Source of the DNA: Antedon mediterranea
Taxonomy: Eukaryota; Animalia; Echinodermata
DNA: 64,000 nucleotides
Direction of reading: 5' to 3'
Assembly (NCBI RefSeq): GCF_964355755.1
Contig: NC_092674.1
Location: 27,404,001-27,468,000, forward strand
The notes under the pieces were generated by a model, which saw only the letters and a program-made list of their open reading frames with translations, made no database searches and had not been told where the DNA came from. A program made the translations under genes and the position numbers. Within the stretch, counting starts at the first letter, position 1; each line of letters starts with the position of its first letter. This document shows, piece after piece, positions 1-11,797 of the stretch.

Positions 1-622
1 AAATTTGTCCTTCTTGGTACAACTCACTATGGCCCGACGGTGTCGTTGAATTCCACCATAAACAGTACGAAACGTTTCCCCAATTGCTGGGTGATATCAA
101 AATTGAAAGAAGAAACGCTACTAACCAAGCAGACGTAATCAGGCGAACTGTTCGTTCTTTAGCGCCGATTTTTAGACGGTGCTTTAACGGACGACAAATG
201 GCGTAAAACCTTTCCACAGCCGCCAATGTTACAAGAAATACCGACGAAAAGAAAGTCATATCTGTAATAAAGTATACAACGATACAACCGACTTGACCCA
301 TCATGGACTGATCGTCAACATACGGCGATGACAGAAGCCGCCATAGTTTTTCTCCGATGGCCACGACCAGAAATATCAAATCAGAAATTGCTAAACTTTG
401 CAGATATAAGTTAGTTATTGTTCTCATCCTTTGAACTAGAGTTACAACAACAAGAAATGTCACATTACCCATAATTCCGACCACAAGAATAGCTGGCATT
501 ATCAGTGTAATGATGATTTTGTCCACTTTATCGTAGTAAACACTATCCGAACCCATACTGTCTATACATTTCATGTCCGTCATTGTATCGTTTGAAGCAA
601 CAGTGGTCGATAACGATGTCAT
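1..622 (-). CDS. Rhodopsin-like class A GPCR, N-terminal ~207 aa (TM1-TM4/ECL2), truncated by the window edge; intronless in the visible part
   Basis: Manual translation from ATG at 622: MTSLSTTVASNDTMTDMKCIDSMGSDSVYYDKVDKIIITLIMPAILVVGIMGNVTFLVVVTLVQRMRTITNLYLQSLAISDLIFLVVAIGEKLWRLLSSPYVDDQSMMGQVGCIVVYFITDMTFFSSVFLVTLAAVERFYAICRPLKHRLKIGAKERTVRLITSAWLVAFLLSILISPSNWGNVSYCLWWN... It shows GN (TM1), MRTxTNxYLxSLAxxD (TM2), the TM3 Cys, ERFxAICxP and the TM4 Trp, with no stop before the edge. Clearly paralogous to 33252-34370. Confidence 0.93.
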   Translation of the reverse strand, partial: MTSLSTTVASNDTMTDMKCIDSMGSDSVYYDKVDKIIITLIMPAILVVGIMGNVTFLVVVTLVQRMRTITNLYLQSLAISDLIFLVVAIGEKLWRLLSSPYVDDQSMMGQVGCIVVYFITDMTFFSSVFLVTLAAVERFYAICRPLKHRLKIGAKERTVRLITSAWLVAFLLSILISPSNWGNVSYCLWWNSTTPSGHSELYQEGQI

Positions 623-1042
623 TTTCACAATTGCGTTGCTACATCCAGTTTTCTTTCTTGATATAATTCCTGTATAACTGTATACTATCGATATAAACAA
701 ATTATACAATGTTAAAAATGAGTTCAATGAAGACTAATACGATTGAGTTAGAGAGTCGACGACGAACACGTGTTAGCGCGTACCAGGCGATATTGAAACT
801 GAAGTGTCAAAAGCGCGGTTATTTTAGAAGATCACAACAATTTGGCATTAATTTTGCTAGGTTTTCATTGGTCGATATAACGTTTACGTATTCACACATT
901 TCATCAGCAATATCGTCACGGCAATATATTCCATCTAATAAATATTTCTTATGTGAGAAAGATAATAGTAATTACATCGTGATGTAATATTAAATCGAAG
1001 AAGCTCGACGGTCCAACAAAGTCATTAAAAACTTTTAACTGC

Positions 1043-1106
1043 TGTAATCTTGCTGAGGCTTACGCCGAAACGGCCAACGAACCAAGCGTTGGTTTTGTAG
1101 ATTGCA
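1043..1106 (+). ncRNA. Type I hammerhead-ribozyme-like motif with variant catalytic core
   Basis: Stem I TGTAATC(1043-49)/GATTGCA(1100-06); core TTGCTGA (consensus CTGANGA); stem II GGC-TTAC-GCC; GAAA (1067-70); stem III C-GGCCAACG/CGTTGGTT..G-T; cleavage triplet GTA (1097-99). All three stems and junctions are in the correct order. Confidence 0.6.
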
Positions 1107-1491
1107 CGACTATTTATAGGCCTAATTATTAGCAATTGTGAACAGTAAACGGACGGACTTACGGTCTAAGTCCACAAAAGTATGTTATTATGAGTATCTT
1201 CTAAACAAGATGATTTACTGCAAAGCATCGATCTCATCGATGGGAGATATTGAGACAAATAAGGATCGTCGCATTGGATGCAGCTTGCTGCGTGATTAAC
1301 GTTATGACTATGACAGGCTGATATCGCCTTAAATCGTCCTAGAAATAATTCTCACTCTGACTTAAGCGACTGGTTTGAGTGAAAATAACTAATGAAGCGG
1401 ACAGACTCAGCAGGTTTTCCTTAGTAGTTCTTCGTTTTAAAAGCTGCAGGCCGACACTTAACAATACATCCCAATCAAACAATCGTGTTAA

Positions 1492-2011
1492 AGGCGGTGT
1501 TTTCTAAGGTTTTTAGTTTCAAAATAATTGTATATCATCAAATAGAGGACTTTGCATCATTGCTTATATTGTGAATTTGTGAACGATTTTGTGCGGATTG
1601 TTAGTCGTGGGGCGCTAATCCTACGATTAAGGATGCTTCGGTCTCTGTTACAATGAAATAGGCATACAAAGCTAGCGCGCATGCGCCGCTTATATCAAAC
1701 TAAATCGAAAATACAGTATACCATGGAGAAATAATAAATCTAATTATTATTTGTCCATGAGTATATTAACGAAATGTACTTTATTAATTGAAATGTGATT
1801 TTATTTCTATGAATTGTTATGTTTAATACGGTATATAGTTAATAGCCCGCGGTACCTGTAAATGCTAGTCATTTGAGGCCTACGGGCCTTTGATACAATT
1901 TTGTAATAAAACGAAACAATTATGAAAATGTCGAAATAATTAATACTTATGTATATTGGAACCAAATTATATATTGTGATATTTGTATATAGGCTAAATA
2001 CTACCGCCTCA
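1492..2011. mobile_element. Possible degenerate TTAA-flanked TIR element
   Basis: TTAA|AGGCGGTGTTTT at left and AAATACTACCGCCT(CA)|TTAA at right form short imperfect inverted termini. Confidence 0.3.
1722..1759. mobile_element. 38-bp palindrome with CATGGA termini and 7-bp TSD (P-element-like footprint or mini element)
   Basis: Arms CATGGAGAAATAATAA / TTATTATTTGTCCATG (16 bp, 1 mismatch); flanks AGTATAC / AGTATAT. Confidence 0.55.
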
Positions 2012-3385
2012 TTAAAGGTATGTGTAACTCGCTAATACTAATGAACATCTGGGCTCTCTCTCTCTACAAAGAAAAAACACGTGCAATCTTAACAGTTCTG
2101 TGTCCCCGCTAAGTTACATTTTTCCAAAAATAACTACTATACATTATTATTGGCAAAGTGAGCTTGAGTATGCATGACAAAGATCATTATGTATATATCT
2201 ATAGTCGGTTAACATAAGATGTCATTAGGATTGCAAATAAATGAAATTAACATGTTGAAAACAAACCGAAGCACTGCACCCAATAATCGGTTTAGTGTCC
2301 AGAGTCCAACATATAAATTGTTTGTTATTTAGTCGAGCATCCAACATAAACGTAATACAGGTAAGTCACGGTACCATTTAACTGTGTATTAATAAAAATT
2401 GTTCCAACCTGTTCGCAGACACGCGCCAAACTAAATGATATCGAAGGGAAAATATCTTGTCACGAATTGCAAGCCGAACACAGAGAACTCGATATGCAAT
2501 CGTCACGACTCTAAGGCAATAGTGAGAAGTTAGTTATATGACTTCACTAGCGGTGTTTACCTCATCTTAAACATAAATGTTACATTTTAGACGATTTCTG
2601 AACATTTTCTAATAACTCAATGATTAGTGGCTTAATCTAAGCAATTCTAGCAAAGTGGTCACGTGTGTGGAATCAGTTTTTACCGCCACTGTAAATAATA
2701 AACAACATAAAAATCTACCCACGTATTCACATGGTACCTTGTGTAATTAACGTTTTTTTTGCAATTATTAATTAGCGTAATGTATAGTGACGTCATAAAC
2801 CACGCATGCGCATCGTGCTGAATTCCAAAACATGAGGTCTTTTATTTATTTTTTAATTAAAAATTCTAATAGATAGTAATATTTGAAACAAATTGATATT
2901 AACGAATGTAAATATTGAAAGTACAACAAACATGATACAACAAATTATTTAATGGTGAATCGGTCGATGGGAACCTGATATATAGATTGCTAGAACGAAG
3001 CTTGCTTTAAGCAAATTGCGAGGTTTTATGTTCATATCTTGGTATTTTCATAGTTTCCAGGGTCGTATTCACTCTTAAGTCAGATAATTTCCCCATGATA
3101 CTTAATAATAATTATTTCACGTTAATACTGTACATATCGGAGCGCTTCCATTAAAAAGTGGTATTCACTTAAATATAAACAAAGGTGTACATTTTAAGCT
3201 AGTCTCAGTGTGATTGGTGATCACGATGACAATTATTTCTCATCCGCACTATTAGAGCCTCAGGAGGATACTCAGAATTTAAATCAATAAACATATTTAT
3301 TTTTCATAAAAGTGGATTCGACGAGTTTCTAGATATTTAATCAATCCATGTGGTGCATATATGTTAAGGTTATGGTGGGTTAGGC

Positions 3386-3580
3386 CAAGGCAAGCTAACA
3401 ACAGGATGATAAGCTCCGGAGATCAAATGGTTTATCTGTGCCTGTGACACGATCAGTTCCATGCCCCTTACAGACACCACGCCACAGAGGATATGTAACA
3501 TAGTGTATTTGTCGCAACCAGACATACGATCAAAGGACTGTTAGGACCTATCTTGGCAAGGCGAGCTTAGATTGCCTTGG
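3386..3580. mobile_element. MITE family J (TIR CCAAGGCAATCTAACAACAG)
   Basis: CCAAGGCAAGCTAACAACAG...TTAGATTGCCTTGG; internal sequence matches copies at 61757-61981 and 30248-30560. Confidence 0.7.
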
Positions 3581-4343
3581 TTTGGCTTATGGCCTATGAT
3601 ACGGGCCTCATAGGGCTTATGTGATCCTTTATTACATAATTTGCTTTCTGTATGATACGGATTTATATTTACGAAACCGAGAAATATTTGAGATGGTTCT
3701 CCTCAACACCTTCTGTCCGTTCCCAATAATTAATTTTATAGATTAATAATAAATTCTGTTAAATTATTTCAAATGACAGCCTAGCTGTGATTTATCGACC
3801 ACCTATGCATGCATGATTAATTAACTTCAATTAAAAATTCAATATATCTTATTGTAATCAAACAAATTAAAATAGAATTAGTGGTTTATTTTTAGATTTG
3901 CATTCACGATATATTGTCAAATTAATATTGACAGTATAAAAAATATATCCTATTTTAATCTATATAAATGTATAAACAAAATAGATTATATTTTAATTAA
4001 AATTATTTAAATGCAAATATAATTAAAACTAATAGAATTAACAATTTATTAAATTCACGACATTTTAAAAAGTACAGTACACTATTGGTCTTTCACTTCT
4101 TAGAAAAGTTGTCAAACTGCGTATACATGTTAAACATGTTACACTCCGTCTACACTATCAAACTTTATGTGGCAAAAAAAACCAAAAAAAAAAATATTGA
4201 TGTGCCTAAGTTTTCTAATTTGGTGGTTGATAATGTAAGAATGTGGCATATGATGTCCTAGCCAACGTCACGATTGAATTTTGATTTCTAAGTGTCTGGA
4301 AGGCTGCGCCAGTGGTTGTGTTTTCCCCAGATTTTAAGAATAA

Positions 4344-4515
4344 AGCTCTGTCTACACTATCAAACTTCATGTGACAAACAAATGTGATGTGCCCATATAT
4401 GAACATGATGATGTCATATCACTACCATATCTATGCATATTTAGTACATATCACTACCATATTTGGACACATCACACGTTTTTCTCCAAACTAGTTTGTT
4501 AGTGTAGACATAACT
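4344..4515. mobile_element. MITE family A (Harbinger/Tourist-like, TIR AGCTCTGTCTACACTATCAAACT)
   Basis: TAA|AGCTCTGTCTACACTATCAAACT...ACTAGTTTGTTAGTGTAGACA; one of about 13 copies in the window; a partial copy lies at ~4143-4207. Confidence 0.85.
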
Positions 4516-4729
4516 TGAACAGTGCACATGTAACGTATTTTGGCAATTTATATAATACGAAATAAATTGGATATATTCAAGTTTAAGTTATGTTTAGTCT
4601 AGTATTTAAAACTTGGATTGGAATTTATATTTTAACACACGGGCTTTTACTGCGAAAAAAGAAACAATAAAAATAATATACCAAAGGAGCTGTCTACACC
4701 AAGGAAGAATTAAATTCATTTCACTTTTC

Positions 4730-4887
4730 TCTGGTCTACACTGTCAAACTAGTTTGACTAAAAAAGTGTGATGTGTCCAAATATAGTGATACACCAAATA
4801 ATATGGTAGTGATATGACATCATCATGTCCATATATGGGCACATCACATTTTGTTTTAACATAAAGTTTGATAGTGTAGACAGAGTT
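4730..4887. mobile_element. MITE family A copy (opposite orientation)
   Basis: GTCTACACTGTCAAACTAGTTTG...AAAGTTTGATAGTGTAGACAGAGT. Confidence 0.85.
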
Positions 4888-4911
4888 TTAAACAATATAC
4901 TAATACGACAT

Positions 4912-5221
4912 AATATTATCCTGGATTTATAAAGCGCCTAATGTTTTGAAACCTCTAAGCGCTGAACATTATATATTACCCCAGTCATTTTTTTGGATTA
5001 AACACGTATGGAAACATACTCCCATAATGCAGCTAGTAATCAGCTGTAAGTCGTGTCTTGATCTAACCGGGTACCCATTTATACACCTGGGTGAAGAGAG
5101 GCAAACGTAAGTAAAGATCTTGCCTACGGATACAAGCAGTGCAGCGACAGTTGGATTCAAACCTCGCTCTCACGAGCAGTAGTCCTGCGCCGCACGCCCT
5201 CACATCGATATCATCCCTCCC
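4912..5221 (-). mobile_element. tRNA-derived CORE-type SINE with L2-like 3' tail (degenerate)
   Basis: Minus strand: B-box-like GGTTTGAATCC; CORE-like TGTATCCGTAGGCAAGATCTTTAC...GCCTCTCTTCACCCAGGTGTATAAATGGGTACC; tail CAGCGCTTAGAG...TAGGCGCTTTATAAAT resembling MIR/L2 3' ends (recalled consensus, not searched). Confidence 0.7.
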
Positions 5222-5909
5222 AAAAATTAAAATAATTTCATTGTAAAAAGTTGATTCTGATTTAGATTGTCAAAATGAAACTATTACTTATACGTTTAAG
5301 CTTGGTGACGTAACGATTTTTTCTCCAGATGATTGTCTGTGCTAATAAATAAATAAAAATCTTCTTTGCAGACGAGTGGCGTCTAAGTCGGATTAAGTCA
5401 GATAAAATGTCAGAAACAATAAACACAATTGATGAAAAACAAAATCATAAGAATCCGTGTATACGTGATTGTTATTACCACGGAAGTTGGCAAAGTGTAC
5501 GGATCCGTAAAATTGTTGATTGTGTGTCTGCAACAATAGAATGGAATCTTCTTGACATTATTTTAATCAACAATTAATAAAATGTTTTTTTTGTTCGCTT
5601 TCATCTTACATCACCAGAGGGCGTTATCTTTTTTTACTGAATGTATAAAAATGATTTTAATATCTTAATAGAAAATATTGTACACTAAAACATTTGTGTA
5701 AAAAAAGTGTAGCCTAAAAATATGGACTTTTACGCCTTTTGGACATCCTTGGTCTATTAAACTACAATTTCTTACCTAGACTCTGGCTGTGTTACGTGTA
5801 CCCAGTGGCGAACAAAACACACTGATTGATGAGCCATGAGTTGATACTAACTGTAGTCTGTACAAACTAAACTAGACTGGCTAAAAGCTAAAAATCAAAA
5901 AGATACAGA

Positions 5910-6040
5910 AAGTAGTCTAGGTTATAGACCGAAATTAGTAAAACGATAAATATTTTGGCACATATGACGTTTGATACGTAGAATACATGAGCTCGTATTT
6001 TCAGATAAAAATCTAAACGCGGACTAACATAAAACAGATT
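5910..6040. repeat. Interspersed repeat (unclassified), second copy at ~46718-46870
   Basis: Shared GTAGTCT.GGTT..AGAC...ATTAGTAAAA.GATAAA.ATTTTGGCACATATG.CGTTT.ATACGTA...GGACTAACATAAAA. Confidence 0.65.
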
Positions 6041-7824
6041 TGGAGAAAGTCTAGAAGATGCAGTCTCTGTATTCTCCACAACGCATGATTATGTAACGGC
6101 AGATATGTTTCTATGTTCTGGTGTTGTAGACCTGCAGTGAAGATAACCAGACCCCTGCGGGGACCGAGGTTTCTATTTGTGTGAAGTTTAATTAATTACG
6201 GCTTTGTGTTTATTATCGGTAAAAATCACTTGATAGGTCAAGTAGGCGGATATTTTCTTTGGTCAAATGAAGCAGCACTGAAAGTTTTTAGAAATGAATC
6301 AGAAGCGTATAACTATCCGAACGGCTGCTTGTGATTGGTCGGTTGCGCGTACGTCCTTGTATTGCGTCCCGTTTGCATACGCGTAAACCAATCACACCGC
6401 AATTATGTTTGATACTGTGAATGTTATATCCACCTGAAATTTCACGAAGAGAGTTCGACTATAACTACTACATTTTAAACGAAAAATATAAATACAATCA
6501 ACGAAATAGACAATTATAAATATAGCGCTCGCAACATCTTTGCAGCTGCAAAATCTTAAAAGAAAAAAAAAAGAATTAATTTTTATTCTTCAGACTAGTA
6601 TTTAGAAAGACTACTTTGCTGCTTGTAATCAATAATTTCCCTGTTTAACAAAACACAGAAAAAATATGTTTTAAATAAATATAATTTTCTACGACGAAAA
6701 AAGTCACATCCGCATCAATCATTGTGTGACCTTCATTTTCAAGGTCGATTCGCTGCTTGTAATAAACGCCATGTTAAGCTAGATGAGATCTCTACAAAGA
6801 ATTGGGATTATGTTGTTGTCAAATTGAAGGGTTGTCATTATTTGTGATAACTTAAGCTCTCTAGCCGTATGACATTATATGTATATCACTAAAGGGGATC
6901 AGTATATGCTGGTATACAAGGAGAATGGTAATCATCAGCAACATAGATAAACATTTTGAAAAAAAAAAAATGTTATCCTTCTATCCAGAACTACATGTAG
7001 GCTTAAACAAGGAATATATTGTTAAAATCATACAAACAATCTAATAGAACATTAAAGGCCTAACAACAACAAAAATTAAATTTAAATTACAAAAATAATA
7101 TGTTATATGTTTCCACTCATACAGCTTTATCAACCCGCATATTGTTTACTATTGACACAAATAATATAGTTACATCCCGACGTAAGCGGCGTCCTACCCC
7201 ATGGGAAACCATTAATGTTAAAAGAAAACGGATTGTTCATTTGTCTGATATATTCGTTATTGTATTCTTTATATGATTCAAACATTTTAAAACGTCGATG
7301 GATGTAGTGCTAAAGGGCGCTGTTCAATATTTTCTTGATAGCACGGAATCACGAATTCCACTAAAACAACACAGCTACTAACACAAGTTGGCGGTATTCA
7401 ACATCTCATTTAAATCAGAACTGTACGTTGTATTGCAAATCCAAACAATAGTTGGCGCTATTCAATATTTCCTTTACTTCACTAAATGCTATGGCAACAT
7501 TTTAAACAGACCTTTATATCGATTTGTTAGAAAACAACCAATCACTCATTTTGTTTAATACTGTTTCAACAAACCTACATTCAATTCAAAGATTGATTAA
7601 AAATCATAACGCAATCCTGTTTTTAAAAACTGAAATGAGCCCTCTTTAATTTTAATTCATAACTATATGCAAATTACAAAACCGAAGAGGCGTAATTTTC
7701 AATTTTATTTTCCAATAGATTCTACTACACCCTTCATCACTCTTGCACCTATGAAGAAAATCATGTCCTCCATGCTGCTCTACCAAACCCAATGACCACC
7801 CGATTATTGACAGTCATACACATA

Positions 7825-8218
7825 GACTCGTATTTAGATAAACTGTCAATAGTCAGTTAAGATCTACCTAATGACAGCTGTAGACTCGTATCTAGATGAC
7901 TGTTAATAGTCAGTTAAGATCTACCTAATGACAGTTGCAGACTCGTATCTAGATGACTCTCAATAGTAAGTTAAGGTCTACCTAATGACAGCTGCAGACT
8001 CGTTTCTGCTGACTGGCAATAGTCAGTTAAGATTTACCTAATGACAGCTGCAGACTGGTATCTAGATGACTATCAATAGTCAGTTAAGATCTACCTAATG
8101 ACAGCTTCAGACTCGTATCTAGCTGACTGTCAATGGTCAGTTAAGATCTACCTAATGACAGACTCGTATCTAGATGACTGTCAATAGTCAGTTACAGTAT
8201 ACCTAGTGAAAACTGCAG
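7825..8218. repeat. 57-bp minisatellite, ~7 copies
   Basis: Unit GACTCGTATCTAGATGACTGTCAATAGTCAGTTAAGATCTACCTAATGACAGCTGCA; period 57 (7883 to 7940). Confidence 0.95.
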
Positions 8219-9431
8219 AATTGGGTGCAAGGATCATGAATTACGCATGAATTACGTATACAATCCTTGAAATTGTGTTGTTATTGTACGAATCGTCTCT
8301 ATAATACCTATATGTAGACTAGGTCAGCCAGAACTATTAACATCATAAATGAGGATGTATTAATAGACTGCAGAGTCAAATCTGTAACACGTTTTAACAC
8401 AACTAAATTAGCATGGTCGTTATATTGAACACGTTCTAAATTGTTCTTTTTGCACTAATGGGTCTTCCTATTTAAATTTTTTTTTTTTGCAATGAATAAC
8501 ATTTTTTTTTTTTTGCTCGACGTTAACAAAGAAGCTTTTATGTGAACTAAAAGCTTTAGTGAGAAAGATGATTATAACCAACCATTATTAGTTATTAATA
8601 ACTATTTTAGTTTACCAGATATTAAAAAAAGAATCATTCGAAAAAAAAACACGAAATATTGATTAACCTGAATCCTGGTTGCACGGAAACAAGCAAAAAA
8701 AAATGTATATATAATTAACTTAAATGTTTCTTTATCATTCTGTTAGTTGATCTATTTATTCTAGCCTTCGTATAGTCGGAGCAGATTGTGTAGAGCTTAT
8801 TCAGGCAGGAAAACACATTGTCTACGCAGTATTTGCAGTGTACCAGAGTAACTAACGTGACAATCATATTTCTTAAGTAAAACTTTATATTTATCATTTG
8901 TTAATGTTATGTAAAGCTATATGTTCACATCAAAATGTCTGTTTTGAATTTTATCCTATCTATCTTAAGGAAATGTAAAATAAAAAGATTTTAATGACAT
9001 CAAATAAAAAGAAATACATTAGAAAGAATCTCTTGTGAAAGGTTTGGAATTCTACACTTTTAAGTATGAGTTTCAAACCATTATTTTAGAAGTTAACATT
9101 TACATTGTCAACTTTTATCATGCAGTGGGGAACGAATTGGGTGATTCGAGGAGGTGAACTCGCGTCTACAATTCCCGTGGCGGATTACAATAACGAACAA
9201 CGCATTTTACAAGATTACCCATGTTATTACGAATGATCGCAAGGCTTAGCCTACGAACCAAAGAAAGCTATAGCAATACAACATTATTGTTTGTTTTCTA
9301 ATATAGGCGAATTTATCTAATCGAAAGTGTCAATTTATACGCATGCGCATTCAAATGTGTTCTCTTTCGCGGCCGCGGTACGTGTGAAGAAAAACGCATC
9401 CGTTCGTGGTGACTGCTGGTCCGTGGCGTTA

Positions 9432-9564
9432 AGCGTGGTCCCCACTAGAGACGCAACGCAAGGACGTACGCGCAACGCAAGCGAGTTGAACAATGACAAG
9501 CCACTGTTCGAATCACTTCCGTTGCCTTACGTCCTTGCGTTGCGTCGCTAGTGTGAACCAAGCT
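9432..9564. mobile_element. MITE family B variant (Harbinger-like, TTA TSD)
   Basis: TTA|AGCGTGGTCCCCACTAGAGACGCAACGCAAGGACGTA...TACGTCCTTGCGTTGCGTCGCTAGTGTGAACCAAGCT|TTA. Confidence 0.85.
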
Positions 9565-11644
9565 TTAGTTGTACGGCAGACGAGTAGGTATCTAGCTTAA
9601 TGGCTGGCATGCTATACGTATCTTTTAATTTAATCACTATCTCGATTATCCTAGTAGTATTATGTAAATGTTCTACGTACGGGTTGCATACTTTGGGAAT
9701 GTCATATACAATTAGACAGAACTTGACATTGGTTATAATCGGCAAAAACAATCAATGCTTTTGTACTAAACGCTGTGCTTCATCACTAAGGTGCTAGAAT
9801 AACTAGATAATTGCTGGAAACAGTGCTAATTATACTTTGGTCTAGCCTAGGAAGTAGTTCATTGCCCATTACAATATCTAGGTGAAGAGCATGTAAGCAA
9901 CGTGTGTTTTAGCACTATGATTTATCAGCCCAATTGTTCCATCGACAGGCTAAAATGGGTAAATGTGTTTTTGTATCTGAAATGAATCCATTAGTGCAGT
10001 ATAATGCATGTATAACTGGAATTCTACATCTTAGATCTGACAAACACATTCACGTTACTATTATTGTTTTACTGTAATAATAAATTCTTCTACAGATGTT
10101 TTATTTGTAAAAATGTTAGTATTTAAGATTTTCAAACCAGGTTTACTGAGATTACTATTAAAATAGCGACGTTACGTTTTCACGATGCGCCAGCCGACTA
10201 GGCAGCTGTTGAGTCGAAAAGTCATTTGTGCAAGCGCAGAAATATGAGTACGCGCAAAATGAGTGGCACGAACTTAGGTTCTGTCTGTCAATATCATTTT
10301 TCTCTACCGATTTTCTTTGTTTTCATTTGTATCTTTTAAAAAATGTACCCGATTCCTAATTTGTTTTATTTTGTTTATTTAAGAAGTATTTCAGCAAGTC
10401 TTCTTATAAACTGTGTTCTCACGTGCTCACATTCAGAACATTGTTGGAGGAGAATAAAAAATATATTCTCCAGACCTTTAACCTAAGATCGTTTCCAAGG
10501 TGGTGCTAGGGTACATGTACGTATGAGTATTGTAAACTTATTCTCTCTACACAACACCTTTACACTATGCTCGACAATAAATAAACTGGGGAATATCGAT
10601 AAACAGTCAGTATGAACACAGTAACGTGGTTGCAGGGGGTCACCGGGGTCCATGTTAATAGTACTAATAGCCTCTTGTCTATAATTAATATATGATCAAT
10701 AAACTTGTTCAATTTATCGAGCCAGGTTATACAGGGTGACAGTGTATCTTTTAATTTTCATTTTGATTACACGAGCGGATGTTACCGTAACGTATGTCGA
10801 CTTTTAGTGTCGTTATAAAACATCAATTGGTGAAGTAAAGGCACGAACGATAATATATAGTCACTAAATTTAGACTAAACAAGCGGAAAATTCTTCCGGC
10901 GACGTAAATGTTGTCATTTGAAAATTAAACAGCAACATGTTTTCCGAGAATAAAGTCAAAGATTTTTACATCATACCTGAAATATGTTGAAGTAAACTGG
11001 ACTGAATCGAAAAACACATCCTAAAAAAAGAGAAAATAATTAAGTAAAACAGGATAAGTATTTTACTACGCTTACACATAAATTAATAATAAATAGATAC
11101 AATTACAAGTATTGTACAGTAAGACAGAGATTGCCAGTTTATCTATGTTATCAAATCGTCACAATTTTAAACAATATAAATTAAAGTATAGTGTACAATT
11201 AAAAAACTGGAAACATCATACGAGCCAGTACATCTTACCACGAGTTTTTAAAATATTTTATTTAAAAATAACAATAATAAAGGCAAATAATATAGATAGT
11301 AGAGATGTTTATTGTCTATTTTAATAGAGAGTGAGCAACCAAAAGCAACAGTACGTGGAAAGACACTAAGAAACCAAAGGCACTCGAACTCGGATCACCT
11401 GTATGCAAATTACCTATAGTATAAAGTGGTGGCGCTTTCAAATACTTGCTACGCTTGAATGATTTCAGAGAAATAATTGCATAATGCATAATAGTATTAA
11501 TAGGTTGCCAGATTATATCCAGAGGGTTCTGCACTTTGGAATCAGTTGTTTGAGTTACGTGCGGTATCAACTTCATTGTTGAATGAATCGAATACATTTA
11601 ATTTGATGTGTAACTTTGCACTTATCGTGTGTGAGAATACATTA

Positions 11645-11797
11645 AGCTCTGTCTACACTTTCAAACTTCGTGACAAAAAAAATGCCATGTGCTCATATAT
11701 GGACATGATGATGTCATATTACTACCATATTTGAGCATATCACTACCATTATTATTTGGGCACATCAAACTGGTTTTGTCAGACTAGTTTGATAGTA
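11645..11797. mobile_element. MITE family A copy
   Basis: TTA|AGCTCTGTCTACACTTTCAAACT...ACTAGTTTGATAGT. Confidence 0.85.
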
